A stretch of 52,507 bases of DNA from Octopus bimaculoides (Eukaryota), in contig NC_068981.1 of NCBI RefSeq assembly GCF_001194135.2, positions 117,597,520-117,650,026 of the forward strand, written 5' to 3'. Both the position numbers and the translations under genes were made by a program. This document shows, piece by piece, positions 50,349-52,507 of the stretch. The notes under the pieces are model-generated. The model did no database searches, was not told where the DNA came from, and worked only from the letters and a program-made list of their open reading frames with translations. Position 1 is the first letter of the stretch, and the number at the start of each line of letters is the position of its first letter.

Positions 50349-50899
50349 TATATATATATATGTATATAAACATACATATGCACATGTTTGTGTGTGTGAG
50401 TGTGAAAGGGGAATTGTGGTTTCACACTAGTGAGAATTGCAATTAGAAAAACGCGCGCGCGCACATTTTTAAACAAACACAGAAAACGGGAAGAAGGAAG
50501 GGAAGCTGAGATTTTCCACAAAGAGATAAATACAAAGATAAATTGATCAATAGTTATAATGTTTAATCTCTCTCCCTCTCTCACTTTCTCTTTCTCTCTC
50601 TCTCTCTCTCTCTATANNNNNNNNNNNNNNNNNNNNNNNNNNNNNNNNNNNNNNNNNNNNNNNNNNNNNNNNNNNNNNNNNNNNNNNNNNNNNNNNNNNN
50701 NNNNNNNNNNNNNNNNNNNNNNNNNNNNNNNNNNNNNNNNNNNNNNNNNNNNNNNNNNNNNNNNNNNNNNNNNNNNNNNNNNNNNNNNNNNNNNNNNNNN
50801 NNNNNNNNNNNNNNNNNNNNNNNNNNNNNNNNNNNNNNNNNNNNNNNNNNNNNNNNNNNNNNNNNNNNNNNNNNNNNNNNNNNNNNNNNNNNNNNNNNN

Positions 50900-50935
<36 letters not shown>

Positions 50936-51802
50936 CTCATGATGGAATTATTAAATGCTCCATTTTTTAAAAAGTGAGAAGCAGTTTAGCATCATCCCAT
51001 GAGATTTAGCAATGAGTACTCGGTGGCCACGTGCAAACTGCAAGTAACGATTTCTTAATTTGTAATGAAGCACTAGATTTAAGCGACGAATTGAAATAGG
51101 ACAGACCCATTATCCACGAACTTCTATAATAATAGAAAAGAAAAAAAACGTGTAAATTGTTCTATATTGTCCGGAAACGAGTTAAAGCTGCGAAAGTTGA
51201 TTACTGTACAGCTAAACTACCAAAACTAGCGAGGGAATGAAAACGTATTCGCTTGATCCGAGGATGTATACTAAATAAAATAGGCCTAGACAAATCATAT
51301 CTGTTCAAAAAAAAAATACTTGATTAGGAGTGGAAATCCTTTGGTCTCGTGTTCTTTGACCGGATCGCATATAAAGCTGTGAAACAACTATTGGCGAAGG
51401 AAGGTAGTTCAATGAGCTGTCAACAAGAAAATAACGCTCTTCCTAATTATGATTAACAGGTCAGTGATATGTACGCAGATGAAACGTTAAAATTAACAAA
51501 TTTCTGAGCTCAAGGCCAGAAATTTTATGGTAGGCGATGGTCGATTAAATTAAGACTAGTAATTGAATGGTACTTCATTTTATCGAGCATGGATGATTAA
51601 GGGCAAAGTTTACTCCAGAACGTATAGAGATATAACTAAGTACCACAAAACAATTTTAGAGTCAGCAAGGATTTTAAGATTACTACTTGAGTGTTATGTA
51701 TCACGAAAAGAGACTATGTGAGATATGTGAGTGCAGGTTGCTGTCCACTCTTACAGATTTAACAGGAGCATATGAGATCGAGAGGTCTGGGAAGTGAAAA
51801 GG

Positions 51803-51810
51803 AAATAATG

Positions 51811-51883
<73 letters not shown>

Positions 51884-51885
51884 TG
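51803..51885. repeat. (AAT)n/(GAT)n tract
   Basis: Read directly; forms the 5' flank of the following LINE. Confidence 0.95.
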
Positions 51886-52270
51886 ATGATATACAGGTAG
51901 AGAAATTAAGGCCAACGGGACGGATATAGCTGTCAGAGACGACCAAGAAAAAAATGTTTTCTAATCGATGTATTAATACCAACAGATGACAATGTTTATC
52001 AAAAAGAAACGGAGAAACTTACAAAATGCAAAGTTCTAGAAATAGAGGTAAAACGAATATGGAGCCTAAAAACAGAAACAATTCCAGCCATAGTAGGCGC
52101 ATTAAGTATGATAAAAAGCAAATACATAACAACAATACCAGGACTTATTGGTTGCCACACACATACTACGTAAAACACTTTCAATACAGTGAAAATAAGA
52201 TCACCAGAACATGCCACAGCACATATCCAAGGCATACAGAGCTGCGTTCGGTAGTGCAGTGAAAACACGT
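51886..52270 (+). mobile_element. 5'-truncated R4/Dong-like LINE (same family as 13562-14160)
   Basis: TGREIKANGTDIAVRD...LIDVLIPTDDNVYQKETEKLTKCKVLEIEVKRIWSLKTETIPAIVGAL; 3' UTR CACAGCACATA.CCAAGGCA.ACAGAGCTGCG.TCGGTAGTG.AGTGAAA.CACG; (TAA)n tail. Confidence 0.88.
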
Positions 52271-52286
52271 AATAATAATAATAATG

Positions 52287-52353
<67 letters not shown>

Positions 52354-52370
52354 TAATAATAATCATAATA

Positions 52371-52411
<41 letters not shown>

Positions 52412-52412
52412 C

Positions 52413-52507
<95 letters not shown>
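52271..52507. repeat. (AAT)n switching to (ATT)n at about 52458
   Basis: Read directly. Confidence 0.95.

Overview
AT-rich eukaryotic genomic scaffold with about 10 N-gaps and dense microsatellites. The repeat families look cephalopod (octopus-like); this is inferred from recalled SINE/LINE families, not from a search. The main feature is a pappalysin (PAPP-A / PAPP-A2-like, metzincin M43B) gene on the minus strand. I assembled 12 coding exons between 44729 and 3926 (1920 nt, about 640 codons). All introns are GT-AG and the splice phases join into one open frame. The frame runs from just after the Met-turn (...QQVARMHCYLDLVYQPW...) through the Cys-rich mid-region to the second sushi/CCP module. 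The zinc-binding motif and the C-terminal CCP3-5/LNR3 exons are not visible (outside the window or in gaps). The introns hold several Penelope-like retroelements, two of them foldbacks carrying hammerhead-ribozyme cores. They also hold R4/Dong-like REL LINEs in (TAA)n tracts, mariner and pogo-like remnants, and three tRNA-derived SINE families. Two unexplained structures stand out. One is a 49-bp hairpin made of two head-to-head intron-bearing tRNA-Lys-like sequences 81 nt from a splice donor. The other is an array of five fixed-spacer GGCT-N10-AGCCCGAGT motifs at 566-1146.
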